Source of the DNA: a virus
IMG/VR virus record: IMGVR_UViG_3300025108_000024
Location: 1 to 64,000 of that record
Direction: 5' to 3' (one strand)
Length of the DNA: 64,000 bases
Shown: piece by piece, positions 7,652 to 18,000 of the stretch
How positions within the stretch are numbered: position 1 is the stretch's first letter
Layout of the letters: each line of letters begins with the position of its first letter
The notes under the pieces: model-generated
Database searches by the model: none
Seen by the model: only the letters and a program-made list of their open reading frames with translations
What the model was told of the DNA's origin: nothing
Translations under genes and position numbers: made by a program

Positions 7652-9277
7652 ATGGAATACAATAAATACTATTGGCTTAATGAAGATAGCCGTACATTTT
7701 TATCAAGGGGATATATATCAGAATCTCCTGAGCAAAGAATAAAAGACATAGCAATTAAGGCTGAAAAGTACTTAAACATAAAAGGCTTTGCTGAGAAGTT
7801 TGAAGATTATATGGCAAAAGGATTTTATTCTTTGTCTACTCCCGTATGGATAAACTTTGGTAAACAAAAAGGTTTACCCATAAGTTGTTACGGATCTAAC
7901 GTTGATGATAACTTAGATAGTATTTTAAATGCAGGACGTGAAATTGGAATGATGAGTAAATATGGGGGAGGTACAAGTGCTTTTATTGGCAACATTAGAG
8001 CAAGAGGAACTGAAATATCTACAGGTGGTTTTGCTGATGGTCCAGTGCACTATGCTAAGATTTATGATACTGTAGTAGATGTATGTAAACAGTCTGAAGC
8101 AAGACGTGGTGCTTGTGCAGTATACTTGCCTGTTGAGCATGCTGATATCTTAGAGTTCTTAGATATTGGTACAGAGGGTAACCCTATACAAAATTTACAG
8201 TATGGTGTTACGGTTACTGATCAGTGGATGAGTGAGATGAAGGAAGGAGATAAGAGCAAACGTAAGATATGGGCCAAGATCATTCAGAACAGAAGTGAGT
8301 TTGGATTCCCTTATATTATGTTTAAAGATAACTCTAATAATAATTCTCCTTACAAAGAACTTGGTATGGAGATCACAGCTTCAAACTTATGTTCAGAGAT
8401 TCAATTGCCTACAGATAGTTATAACTCTTTTGTATGTTGTCTTGGTTCTATTAACTTATTACACTGGGACCTTATAAAAGAAACAGATGCAATTGAAACA
8501 TATGTATATTTCTTAAACGCAGTAATGGATGAATTCATTATTAAGTCTGAGACTATGCCGGGTATGAAGAGAGCGTTTAACTTTGCTGAGAAGCATAGAG
8601 CAATTGGACTTGGTGTTTTAGGATACCACTCTTTGTTTCAGTCTAAGCTTCTTGAGTTTGACTCATTGCAAGCTAAAGGATTAAACAGTGAGATCTTTAG
8701 AACGCTTAAAGACAGAAGTGAGATTGCTTCTAGAGAGTTACATAATGAGTATGGATACACATCTCTTAGAGAAGGTTATGCTAACACTACTCTTATGGCC
8801 ATTGCTCCTACTAAGTCTAGTTCATTTATACACGGTGCTGTGTCTATGGGTATAGAGCCTATCAAGTCTAACTACTTTATTAAGGATCTTGCTAAGTCTA
8901 AGACTATTTATAAGAACCCTTTCTTAGAAAAGGAGCTTGAGAAGCATGGTCTAAATACAGACAAGACTTGGAAATCTATCTTAAAGAAAGATGGTAGTGT
9001 ACAACACTTAGATTTTCCTTCTAAAGAAGTATTTAAATCATTTGTTGAGATATCTCCAAAAGAGATTGTACTACAAGCAGCGCAAAGGCAGAAGTACATT
9101 GATCAGTCACAGTCATTAAACTTAATGATTGACCCGTCAGTATCAGCTAAAGATATTAATAAGCTTTACATGTATGCTTGGGAAGAAGGTGTAAAAACCT
9201 TGTACTATCAATTTAGTAAAAGCAGTGCACAAGACTTTGCCCGTAATATATTAGAATGTTCTAGTTGTGAGGGTTAG
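7652..9277 (+). CDS. nrdA: Ribonucleotide reductase class I alpha subunit (short, no ATP-cone)
   Basis: GLPISC, SNLCSEI active site, IAPTKSSS, DQSQSLN, KTLYY, C-terminal CSSCEG. Confidence 0.96.
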   Translation: MEYNKYYWLNEDSRTFLSRGYISESPEQRIKDIAIKAEKYLNIKGFAEKFEDYMAKGFYSLSTPVWINFGKQKGLPISCYGSNVDDNLDSILNAGREIGMMSKYGGGTSAFIGNIRARGTEISTGGFADGPVHYAKIYDTVVDVCKQSEARRGACAVYLPVEHADILEFLDIGTEGNPIQNLQYGVTVTDQWMSEMKEGDKSKRKIWAKIIQNRSEFGFPYIMFKDNSNNNSPYKELGMEITASNLCSEIQLPTDSYNSFVCCLGSINLLHWDLIKETDAIETYVYFLNAVMDEFIIKSETMPGMKRAFNFAEKHRAIGLGVLGYHSLFQSKLLEFDSLQAKGLNSEIFRTLKDRSEIASRELHNEYGYTSLREGYANTTLMAIAPTKSSSFIHGAVSMGIEPIKSNYFIKDLAKSKTIYKNPFLEKELEKHGLNTDKTWKSILKKDGSVQHLDFPSKEVFKSFVEISPKEIVLQAAQRQKYIDQSQSLNLMIDPSVSAKDINKLYMYAWEEGVKTLYYQFSKSSAQDFARNILECSSCEG

Positions 9278-9297
9278 TATTTTATTACTGGCAGAAT

Positions 9298-9336
9298 AAA
9301 AAAGAACCCCCGGCAATTACACCGGGGGTTTTTATT
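9298..9336. terminator. Bidirectional intrinsic terminator between convergent nrdA and cargo gene
   Basis: AACCCCCGG-caattaca-CCGGGGGTT stem, with an A run on the left and a T run on the right. Confidence 0.9.
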
Positions 9337-9344
9337 AATCTCTT

Positions 9345-12300
9345 TTAGTCTACGTAGAACTTTCTATTCTGATCTAGATTATCAAATCTTTTAATAGAAC
9401 TTAAGAATGGTAGTATATCAGCCCATTCTTTACCAGCTTTAAGCTTACCTTTATTTTTACCTCTTTGATAAACATAGTCTTTATCTTTAGCAAACTCTTC
9501 ATCGCTATAGTATATAGCACCCATACCTGAAGTAAATGTTACCCATAAAGCTTGTGCAAAATTTTCTAAAACACTAGCAGAAGCTATAGGATTCTTTATA
9601 AGCTGATAGGCTTGCGGTGTACCAAACCCAGGCCAGAATGCCACAAGTTCTTTTCCTGCTCTATCAACATTATATTTAGCTAAGTTTTTTAGTCTTTTCT
9701 CAATGTAACCATCATCGTCTTCATCTGGTAGCAAATCATCTAATAAACTACTTAAAGCAAATACTAAAAATACAACACCTATCTCTCCAATAGTTTGATA
9801 AGCATTTTGTATTTTCTCATTTACTCTTTTATCTACATGACCATAATCAACGCTTTCAGCAGCTTGATTTTTAAAGTCTTTTAATAATTCTTCTCTATAG
9901 TTTTTTTCTAAGTTACCTACTTGATTTAGATTCTTTAGAGAGTAAGCCATAAACTTAGCAAAAGATCTATAACGTCCTTCTGTCCATCCTAGATTTTCAT
10001 CATAATATTCACTTCTCATTCTATTTTTAAGCAATGGTGCAACCCACTTCTTAAATTGTATTGCAAGCTTTCCTAAAAAGTGGCCTTGTAAAACCATTCT
10101 ATCTGCTCTTGCATAACTACCGTGAACTCTTTTATTTACTTCTCTTATATTATTTCTAAACTGTCTTCTATAATCTGTATTCCATTCTATTTCATTACCG
10201 TCTCTATCTAAGATCTTATACTTCTTTGTATCAACCTCAATTTTCTGTGTGGTATGATTAAACGTAGAAGCATCATAAAGATTCATTTCATTTCCACCTT
10301 CATCAACAGCAGTCATAGAAGCAACCATGGCCATACCTTGCTTTGTTTGAACATTGTATTCAAATGAATCATTTAATAAATAGAACCAGTTTGCTGCCTT
10401 TTGAACATAGCTTTCACCTTCTTCCACAGCACCTGTCTCTCTTATCTCTACATCAGAATCCATCATTCTTAAAGCATCAACCCAACCTTCCCATTTAGTC
10501 ATTGGTTTCTTAGGATCATAGATACCTTTTTTACCATCAATAATATAACCTGTTCTTTTTATTTGTTTTAGTATAACCTGCTCTTTATTAAAGGCAGCGG
10601 TCATTTGTAAATATGCTTTTCTTTTATAATACTTTGCACCAATAAGTTCTAAAGTATTATTTAATCTACCAATAATTAAATTATTAATGTTACCCATCGG
10701 GTTAGTTGCAACATAAGCAAAAGAAGAGTACTGCATTAAACCATTAGTCATTTTTTCTAATGCATTTTGCGTGACATTCTCGTTATCATAGTAGACCATA
10801 CTAGCCCATTTCTTTATTCTCTTCTTAATGTTCTTTTCTATCTGATCTTCTTTGTTACCTACAGGTTTAAAATAATCTTTAGTCTTACCCACAATTTTAG
10901 CAACCATATCATTTTTGGATTTCTCTGCTAAAACCTCTCTCTTTTCAGAAACTTTTATAAATGCTTTGACTATATCATCTATAGTTGACATTACTTCATA
11001 GTTTTCTGCCATTGAATTAAATTTCAAAAGGCTTGAACCTAAATCTAAACTTAGAGTTTCTGCAGTTGCTTTATTCTCAATTCTATTTAATTGTGCTAAT
11101 AGCTTTCCTTGTTCTTCATTAAAATATTTAGCAGATACTTTTCCTTGCTTTCTTAATTCTGATAAATCTTCTATCTTTTTATTTATTGCATCTAAGTCAC
11201 TTTGTTTTCCTAAGCTTCCTGTAAAGTATATAGGAAGACTATTAACAACATCACCTTTTTCATTAGTTACAACAGTTCTAAAAGTACCTGTTTCATTAAA
11301 TATATCACTGCCTTTTCTTTTTAACTTAGCGTATGCTTTAGTAAAGAAGCTACCTTCTTCTTTTAGTCTATTAGATATATTAGATTTAATTGTTGGTATC
11401 CTACCCACCATTTGTTCTGACATACTTGGTGGCAGTTTCTCAACTAACTCTTTCATGGTAGAGACATAGAAACTATAAAATTCTTTTCTTGCTTTACCCA
11501 ATGCATCACCAGGTGTAGGATTCATGATTGAATCATACTTGCTGTTTAGCATACTTACCTTTTTGCCTTTTATAATAGCACTATCATTAGCTACTTTAAA
11601 TTTATTATTAGGTATCCACATTTGACCAGGAGTAACAACTCCAGTTGGGCTACCATCTAATTTCTGTGCAAAGTATGTGTCAATGTATTTACCGTTATTA
11701 TTTCTAAAGTTTCTCCATGCTTTTTCATTAACTGTTCTTTTCTTTTTCCATATAACAGCCCCACTTTCAGTTACAACTGGGCTTTCATATTTTGCTCTAA
11801 GCTTTTTATACTCTTCAGTGTATCTATGAAAATTACCATCTATGATATTATCTTGATCATCTGCTCTTTCTGCAGTCCAAAACCTTGCTGCTTCTTGCTT
11901 AGCCAACCAAAGATCTTTATTATATTTTAGTTGCGCGGCAGTTCCTTCTTCTGTATTATCTATTTCTAAATAAACTTTTTTATTACCATCTTCATCATAA
12001 GCTTTCTTTCTAAGTTCACTTATCATGTCATAGTATTGCTGACCTAAACGTTGAACTATAAAGCCAGTAGGTAAACCTTTCTCATTAAACTCAACCATAT
12101 AATTATATAGGTCTTGAGGTTTAGTACCAGGGTCAAGCTTAGCAAGTGTATTAGCATAATTCCTAATTATTAATTCTTTTGCTTGTGCTTTATCTAAATA
12201 CTCTTGAGCTTTAGCTTTATATATTTTATCTAACGTTGCTAATAAAGTATCTCTACTTGTTGCTAGATCACCAGTTTGATATTCAATAACACCAATGTCT

Positions 12301-15026
12301 CTAACTTGTGTTAATACTTGTTCTAAATCAGCATCATTAAATTCAGCAGAACTTACAGCCCTAACAGTTTCTTTTACAAAATTAAAAATAGAGGCATCTA
12401 TTAAACCAGTGGTAGTATCATTACCTTTAAGTTTACGCAAACGGCCTTGTAATGCCAACACTAAATTAGCCTGTGTTTTTGATAATGGAGTATTCTCCAT
12501 TGTACCTAACTCAATTAATGATCTAAACGTTTGACTGTATCTGTCAAAGTTAAGTAAGTAATTTATATAGGTTGGGTCTTTAACATTATTTGGATCTAGT
12601 ATGTAATTAGTATATTCTTTTACATCTTTTATTGCTTGTTGTATAACTCTAGTATACTCAGCCTTAATAGCATCTGGACCATTGGTAGCTGCTATTTCAA
12701 TATTACTAATTGTTTCATTAATAGATTCTATTGTGGCTTGCTTACTTTTATCTAAGCTTACACCACCTTTTATCTTTTCTAGAGCCTCTCTTCTTTTGAG
12801 TAAATCTAATTGAAAATCTTCTAATGCTTGTAAATATATATCTATCTCAGTCTGAGAATTATTATTTTCAGATTGCTTTTCTTCTTCACTTAAAAAGTCT
12901 TCATCTTGAACAGGGTTGTACTCACCGGAATTTTTTCTTTCTTCATTAATTCTAGCTTTCTGCTCATTGGTAGTTTTAGAAGGAATTAATGCATCCACCT
13001 TACCTTGCATTTCAGAATCTTTGTGATACTGTATACCTTCTATATCATATGTGCCATCAAAAGTTTTATTACCTTGCTTATCTTTATTGATGCCAACTTT
13101 AACATGAAAAGTAGATAAAGCCCCACGAGTAGACATAGTATAACCCATGTTCTCTAACATTCTTCTATACAACGCAATTTGTAAATTATGTTGTGCTCTT
13201 GTACTCAGACTTGTTGAATCTGTTTTCTGTTTTAATAAAGAGTCAGAAGCTAATGTAAATGGTTTATCGTAGTATGCAGGATCAGTCTTTAGATAATGCA
13301 TGCTTGTTTTTAAATCAATGATTTGTATTTCTCCAGCTGGTGTTATTACAAGTAAATCTGCAGTACCTGCTAAACCTTGATATGTTACCTTTTGTAGTTT
13401 TCCATCTTTATCTAATACCTCTCCGGTAATTTGCTGATCATCATAAAGTACAACTTGAGGGAGTACAATACCACCATCACCTTTTATACTCTCTAAGTGA
13501 GTTTGTAGATCTACATATACTTTTTCTACCAACTCTGATGAAAGTTCACCCATTTTTCCTTGAAGCTCTTCTATAGAAATACCTGCTGCAATACCATTAA
13601 GTATTGTATCAAAGTCTTGACCTATGGCTAAGTTTAAAGCCACTTCTTCTTCATTAAGCAAAGCACCTTTCATTGCTTTTGTAGCTGATAAATATTCACC
13701 TCCAGTCTCTACGTCATGATATGTATGATCTGAATCATCTCTTACAACAAAGTTTGATGAGTCATAAAACTCAGAGTTTTTAGATACACTTAAATCAGTT
13801 TCTGTTTTTGTAGATGAACGTGCAACATTAAACATGCGTTTAGCAACTTCTTTTTGTGGTCCTTCTACAGCCTCTTCAATTGCTTTTTTAAATGCTTTCT
13901 CGGCATCTTCATTTAAAGAGTATCTAATCTTACCTGTTCTGCGTGTCTCAAATTTAAACTGCATGCCGCTTGTGTTAAGTAACTTTGCAATATCAGATAG
14001 AGTTGCTGTGTCTTTAATATTACCAGCTCTTAGAGTTCTATTAGTTACAAATAGATTAAGATCTTTAATTACATTCTTAAACCATTCTAACAACTCTTTT
14101 ATTTTATCCATGAAACTCTTGGTAGGTTTGTTTTCATACTCTTGTCTAAAGTGTCTGACAAGTGCCTGAGTAACAAGCTCAAGGTTTCTTTCTCTTTCTG
14201 TAAATCCTTTTTCTTTAGTGTAAGCATTAAGTATTTGTTGATTAAGTTCAACAAAATTTAACTTAGCTTCTTTTAGTAAACCATTAAACAACGCAGGATT
14301 ATCTAAATATATAGAATCAATTACTGGGTGTAGTACTTCTTCTATTGCAACATCTCCTGTAATTCTACTACCAATTACATAAGCTTGTCCTTTAAAATAA
14401 AAAGACTTGACATCTTCCCATTTTGCTTTTGATTTGTATTTAGCATCTATGCCATCATATATTTCTTTTGCTTCTTTTCTGCTAACATTATTTATTGTAA
14501 GGTCAGGAAATATTCTGTCTAGGTGAGCTAATATAGCTTTAGTATTACCAGACATTTTATCCATACTTGCAGGTAAAGCATCTTGGGGTCTAAATAAATT
14601 ATCATTAATAACAAACTTAAAGGTCTTGTCTGTTTCTTGCACTTCAACAAGTTGACCAACACCAGTAGGTATATTATTTTTTTGCAACATTGTAATAATT
14701 GCTATTGCATTTCTTTTAGCTATACCTTTATTAGAAGTTCTTGTTCCTTTAATAGTGTTGTTAGCATATATACCACCTTTAAATTTACTTGCTTTTCTAG
14801 TACCAGTAATATTTGATTCCAGAGCACTTATAAAATCTTTTTTCTTAGCAGCTAACATTACTCTTCTGTCACTTCTAGTTTTTAAAGCGTCTGTTACACT
14901 TGGTATATCTTCAGTATTATTAATTCTCTGAAAAGTATTAATAATATTATCTGTATCTATATTAGTCTTGAACCTTTTCTTTAAAGCTTTATACTCTGCT
15001 GTATTTCTATTTGCACACTTTGCCAT
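9345..15026 (-). CDS. Large virion cargo/ejection protein with PD-(D/E)XK nuclease-like and degenerate zincin-like domains
   Basis: LAGTADLL..IIDLKT..LQIALY nuclease motifs; IEEVLHP..ELVTQ zincin-like motif; position directly after the RNAP as in crAss-like phages. Confidence 0.8.
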   Translation of the reverse strand: MAKCANRNTAEYKALKKRFKTNIDTDNIINTFQRINNTEDIPSVTDALKTRSDRRVMLAAKKKDFISALESNITGTRKASKFKGGIYANNTIKGTRTSNKGIAKRNAIAIITMLQKNNIPTGVGQLVEVQETDKTFKFVINDNLFRPQDALPASMDKMSGNTKAILAHLDRIFPDLTINNVSRKEAKEIYDGIDAKYKSKAKWEDVKSFYFKGQAYVIGSRITGDVAIEEVLHPVIDSIYLDNPALFNGLLKEAKLNFVELNQQILNAYTKEKGFTERERNLELVTQALVRHFRQEYENKPTKSFMDKIKELLEWFKNVIKDLNLFVTNRTLRAGNIKDTATLSDIAKLLNTSGMQFKFETRRTGKIRYSLNEDAEKAFKKAIEEAVEGPQKEVAKRMFNVARSSTKTETDLSVSKNSEFYDSSNFVVRDDSDHTYHDVETGGEYLSATKAMKGALLNEEEVALNLAIGQDFDTILNGIAAGISIEELQGKMGELSSELVEKVYVDLQTHLESIKGDGGIVLPQVVLYDDQQITGEVLDKDGKLQKVTYQGLAGTADLLVITPAGEIQIIDLKTSMHYLKTDPAYYDKPFTLASDSLLKQKTDSTSLSTRAQHNLQIALYRRMLENMGYTMSTRGALSTFHVKVGINKDKQGNKTFDGTYDIEGIQYHKDSEMQGKVDALIPSKTTNEQKARINEERKNSGEYNPVQDEDFLSEEEKQSENNNSQTEIDIYLQALEDFQLDLLKRREALEKIKGGVSLDKSKQATIESINETISNIEIAATNGPDAIKAEYTRVIQQAIKDVKEYTNYILDPNNVKDPTYINYLLNFDRYSQTFRSLIELGTMENTPLSKTQANLVLALQGRLRKLKGNDTTTGLIDASIFNFVKETVRAVSSAEFNDADLEQVLTQVRDIGVIEYQTGDLATSRDTLLATLDKIYKAKAQEYLDKAQAKELIIRNYANTLAKLDPGTKPQDLYNYMVEFNEKGLPTGFIVQRLGQQYYDMISELRKKAYDEDGNKKVYLEIDNTEEGTAAQLKYNKDLWLAKQEAARFWTAERADDQDNIIDGNFHRYTEEYKKLRAKYESPVVTESGAVIWKKKRTVNEKAWRNFRNNNGKYIDTYFAQKLDGSPTGVVTPGQMWIPNNKFKVANDSAIIKGKKVSMLNSKYDSIMNPTPGDALGKARKEFYSFYVSTMKELVEKLPPSMSEQMVGRIPTIKSNISNRLKEEGSFFTKAYAKLKRKGSDIFNETGTFRTVVTNEKGDVVNSLPIYFTGSLGKQSDLDAINKKIEDLSELRKQGKVSAKYFNEEQGKLLAQLNRIENKATAETLSLDLGSSLLKFNSMAENYEVMSTIDDIVKAFIKVSEKREVLAEKSKNDMVAKIVGKTKDYFKPVGNKEDQIEKNIKKRIKKWASMVYYDNENVTQNALEKMTNGLMQYSSFAYVATNPMGNINNLIIGRLNNTLELIGAKYYKRKAYLQMTAAFNKEQVILKQIKRTGYIIDGKKGIYDPKKPMTKWEGWVDALRMMDSDVEIRETGAVEEGESYVQKAANWFYLLNDSFEYNVQTKQGMAMVASMTAVDEGGNEMNLYDASTFNHTTQKIEVDTKKYKILDRDGNEIEWNTDYRRQFRNNIREVNKRVHGSYARADRMVLQGHFLGKLAIQFKKWVAPLLKNRMRSEYYDENLGWTEGRYRSFAKFMAYSLKNLNQVGNLEKNYREELLKDFKNQAAESVDYGHVDKRVNEKIQNAYQTIGEIGVVFLVFALSSLLDDLLPDEDDDGYIEKRLKNLAKYNVDRAGKELVAFWPGFGTPQAYQLIKNPIASASVLENFAQALWVTFTSGMGAIYYSDEEFAKDKDYVYQRGKNKGKLKAGKEWADILPFLSSIKRFDNLDQNRKFYVD

Positions 15027-15029
15027 AAC

Positions 15030-18000
15030 TTATATTATACAAGATTTAATATTATCTAAAAACTCTTCGTCACTATTGTAGTTCATATCCGGATCATTTC
15101 TCTTTGCTATGAAGTCTTCCAAAGTTACAATTTTTTGCTCTTTTAGCCTAGCCAATGCTTCTGCATTTAAGTCTATGTTTTGATTCCAAAAATCTGTAAT
15201 CTCTTTATACTCTTCACTTACGTCTGATTCTTCTGATTCTTCTGCTCCAAACAAACTATCAGCAAATGCACCCATACTTATAACAGGGGCATTACTCGTA
15301 TCAACATCTTCAGTTTCTTCAACTTCTTCAGTTTCTTCAACAGATTCAGTAAAAGATATATCTATATCACGGTCTTCTAGTTGCTGCATTGTTACTTCTT
15401 TGATTGGAACTAACTCTTCTGAATTGCTTTCAGAGAATGTATTTAAATCAATAAACAATTGATTACCTCTATAAATAACTTCAAAGCCTTTAGCTCGTGC
15501 TTCTGCTAGAACATCTTGTACTTCTTCTGAGAAGCCTATCATATCATTATCTATAAAACCACCTTCTTCATCTAGACTTGAAACAAACTCTTTAACTGTA
15601 TTATAACTAGGACGTGTAAAGAATGTACTATCAAACATAAAACCTATTGCGTTTTGGTAGATTGAACCTTGCATATCCATTTCTTCATATATACCTGCAT
15701 TACCTTCTGTAATACCTGTACTAGTATTTACAAGTTGTTGATCTTGTCTTACAGGACCATATGCTTGAACAAGCTTAAAGTATCTAGTTACTTTTTTTGT
15801 TCTGCTTCCTCTTTTAGTATCACCATTTGTAACTCTTAAAATAACCGGAAGTTCTACCACCTTAGTATTTGATCCTGACTTAACAGATATAGTTTTTACA
15901 ACAAAACCTGCCTTCTTTAGAACTCCTTCATTACTCATTAATTTATCTCTGCTTGTAAATTTCTTTGCACCTTTCTTTCCAGAATTTAAATTCTTTTTTG
16001 AAAGAGAGTCTGGTAATTTTCTTACAGTCTGTACTTTATCAGATGGAGATAAACGCACTATGCCTTTATATATATCTACAATTAATTTTTTTGAACCACC
16101 TGAAAAATCCATAGAAACTGGTAATGTCCTAATTGCAGCTTTACTTGCAGAGTTTGGATCTGACTTATCATTCATGATACCATTCTCTAAACTATAACCA
16201 AACTCTTGTCTAAGTGTTGAGTCTATATAGTTATATATTTCTCTAGAAGATTTTTTTAGATTTTTAACTTCTTCTTTTGTTAATAGGACTTTAGGAAAAA
16301 CAACCTTTTTGTTAGCATTTTTGATTTCTTCTATCTGCTCATCAAACCTTTCTACAAAGTTATTTAAATCATCCGCGTCATAAAAAGTTGTTAGATCATA
16401 TTTTAAAGTTAAACCTACTGTATTATCCATTCCTCTTAAACCGCTTGCACCTATCTCTTGTTGATTATCACTAAAGATGTAAATTTTTTCAGGATTGTTT
16501 GCAGCAATTTTTGAAGTTACTGATGTAGCAAGTGCTTCTGTTTCTTCAAACAGCTGACTATAAAGTTTTACATTTTTCTTTTCATCTAAAATACGTGCTG
16601 ATGGAGAAGACTGTAAATAACCTATTGTAAACTCATTTATTAATTGATCAAAGTTTACACCAAAGTAATTTTCAAATAAATCTTTTCTAGAATTTTTCAT
16701 CATATTAAAGACTTCTTCTGTAGACTGTGTAAAGCCATCTAAAACTTGTGGAGTAATTGCATCCAATAAGGTACCTGCTCCAAATTGTAAGCCGTCTTTA
16801 ACCATCATATAATGAATTATATGTGTAGCTTCAGTTCTTCTTTCTGAGAATAATTCCATAAAGTCAGTCTGCACTCTAAGTCTATCAAGATCACTTCTCT
16901 TACCAAAAGTGTTAGACTCTAAAGAATGAATTCCTTTTTTATTATCTAACTCTCTTGCATTTTCATTAAATGAGAATTCATTTAAAAATTCATTATTTGG
17001 AAACTCTTGTCTTAACTCATCAACCAAAGTATGTATGTTTAATGATGTACCTGCTTGTGGATATAACATTGCATTACTTAATGATGATAATGCTACAGAC
17101 TGTCCTCTTTTCTCAAGCTTATGCATGTAAGCTTTAATTGTTAAGTAGGACAATAAATCATCTGATACTTTTTGATAATCTTCACCTCCAAATATTTGAG
17201 GATTTGCAGATAAATTTAAAGCTACCGTTTTTAATATCTGATTAAATGTTTTTGTTCTACTTAAAAATATATTAGGTAGTATTCTTCCTTCAAAGTGAGA
17301 TGCAACCTTATATAAATTAAATTGCCAAGGTTTGTTCTTAACTATTTCTCTAATATCAATTGGTAATGGCGCACCTTTGTAAATAGCAGCATCAAATTCA
17401 GCATCACTTAAATCAATACCCATGTCTCTTAGGTCATTCAGTCTATCATCAAAATCAACAAAATTACGCCCAAATCCTTTTGAAAAATTCATCAAACCAG
17501 CCATATTACCAACAAAACCTTTTAAGTCATGAGCTGTAATAAATTGCTTAAGTATAGAATATAAAGCTACTGCTTGATTATATTCTAAGTCAGCAATAGG
17601 TGTGTCTGATAATTTTGGATTAGCAGCTTGTTCATATAGTATTTGATCTGTAACTCTAGTTACATCAGATTCTATACCTTCAAATGTTTTTACTAAAGAA
17701 TCCATTATATCAGTGATTCTTTTTCTTATACCTCTTCCTGCACCAATAGTAGTTTGAAAATATTCATCTCTTATGTATGCATTATTTACTAATAAAATTG
17801 AAGTCTTAATTGGTACACCTAGTTTAGTCAAAGTAGTTACTACACTAAGTGCATCTTTATTTAGACCCAGCTTTGCTGCTAAACGTTCTTTAGCATTATC
17901 TGTCATTGCCGTAATTAAAGCAGAAATTATATATTGAGTTCTTTCCCCCTTTACTTCTACTTCTACTTCCTTACCTTTTATTTTTTTCTTTATTACTCTT

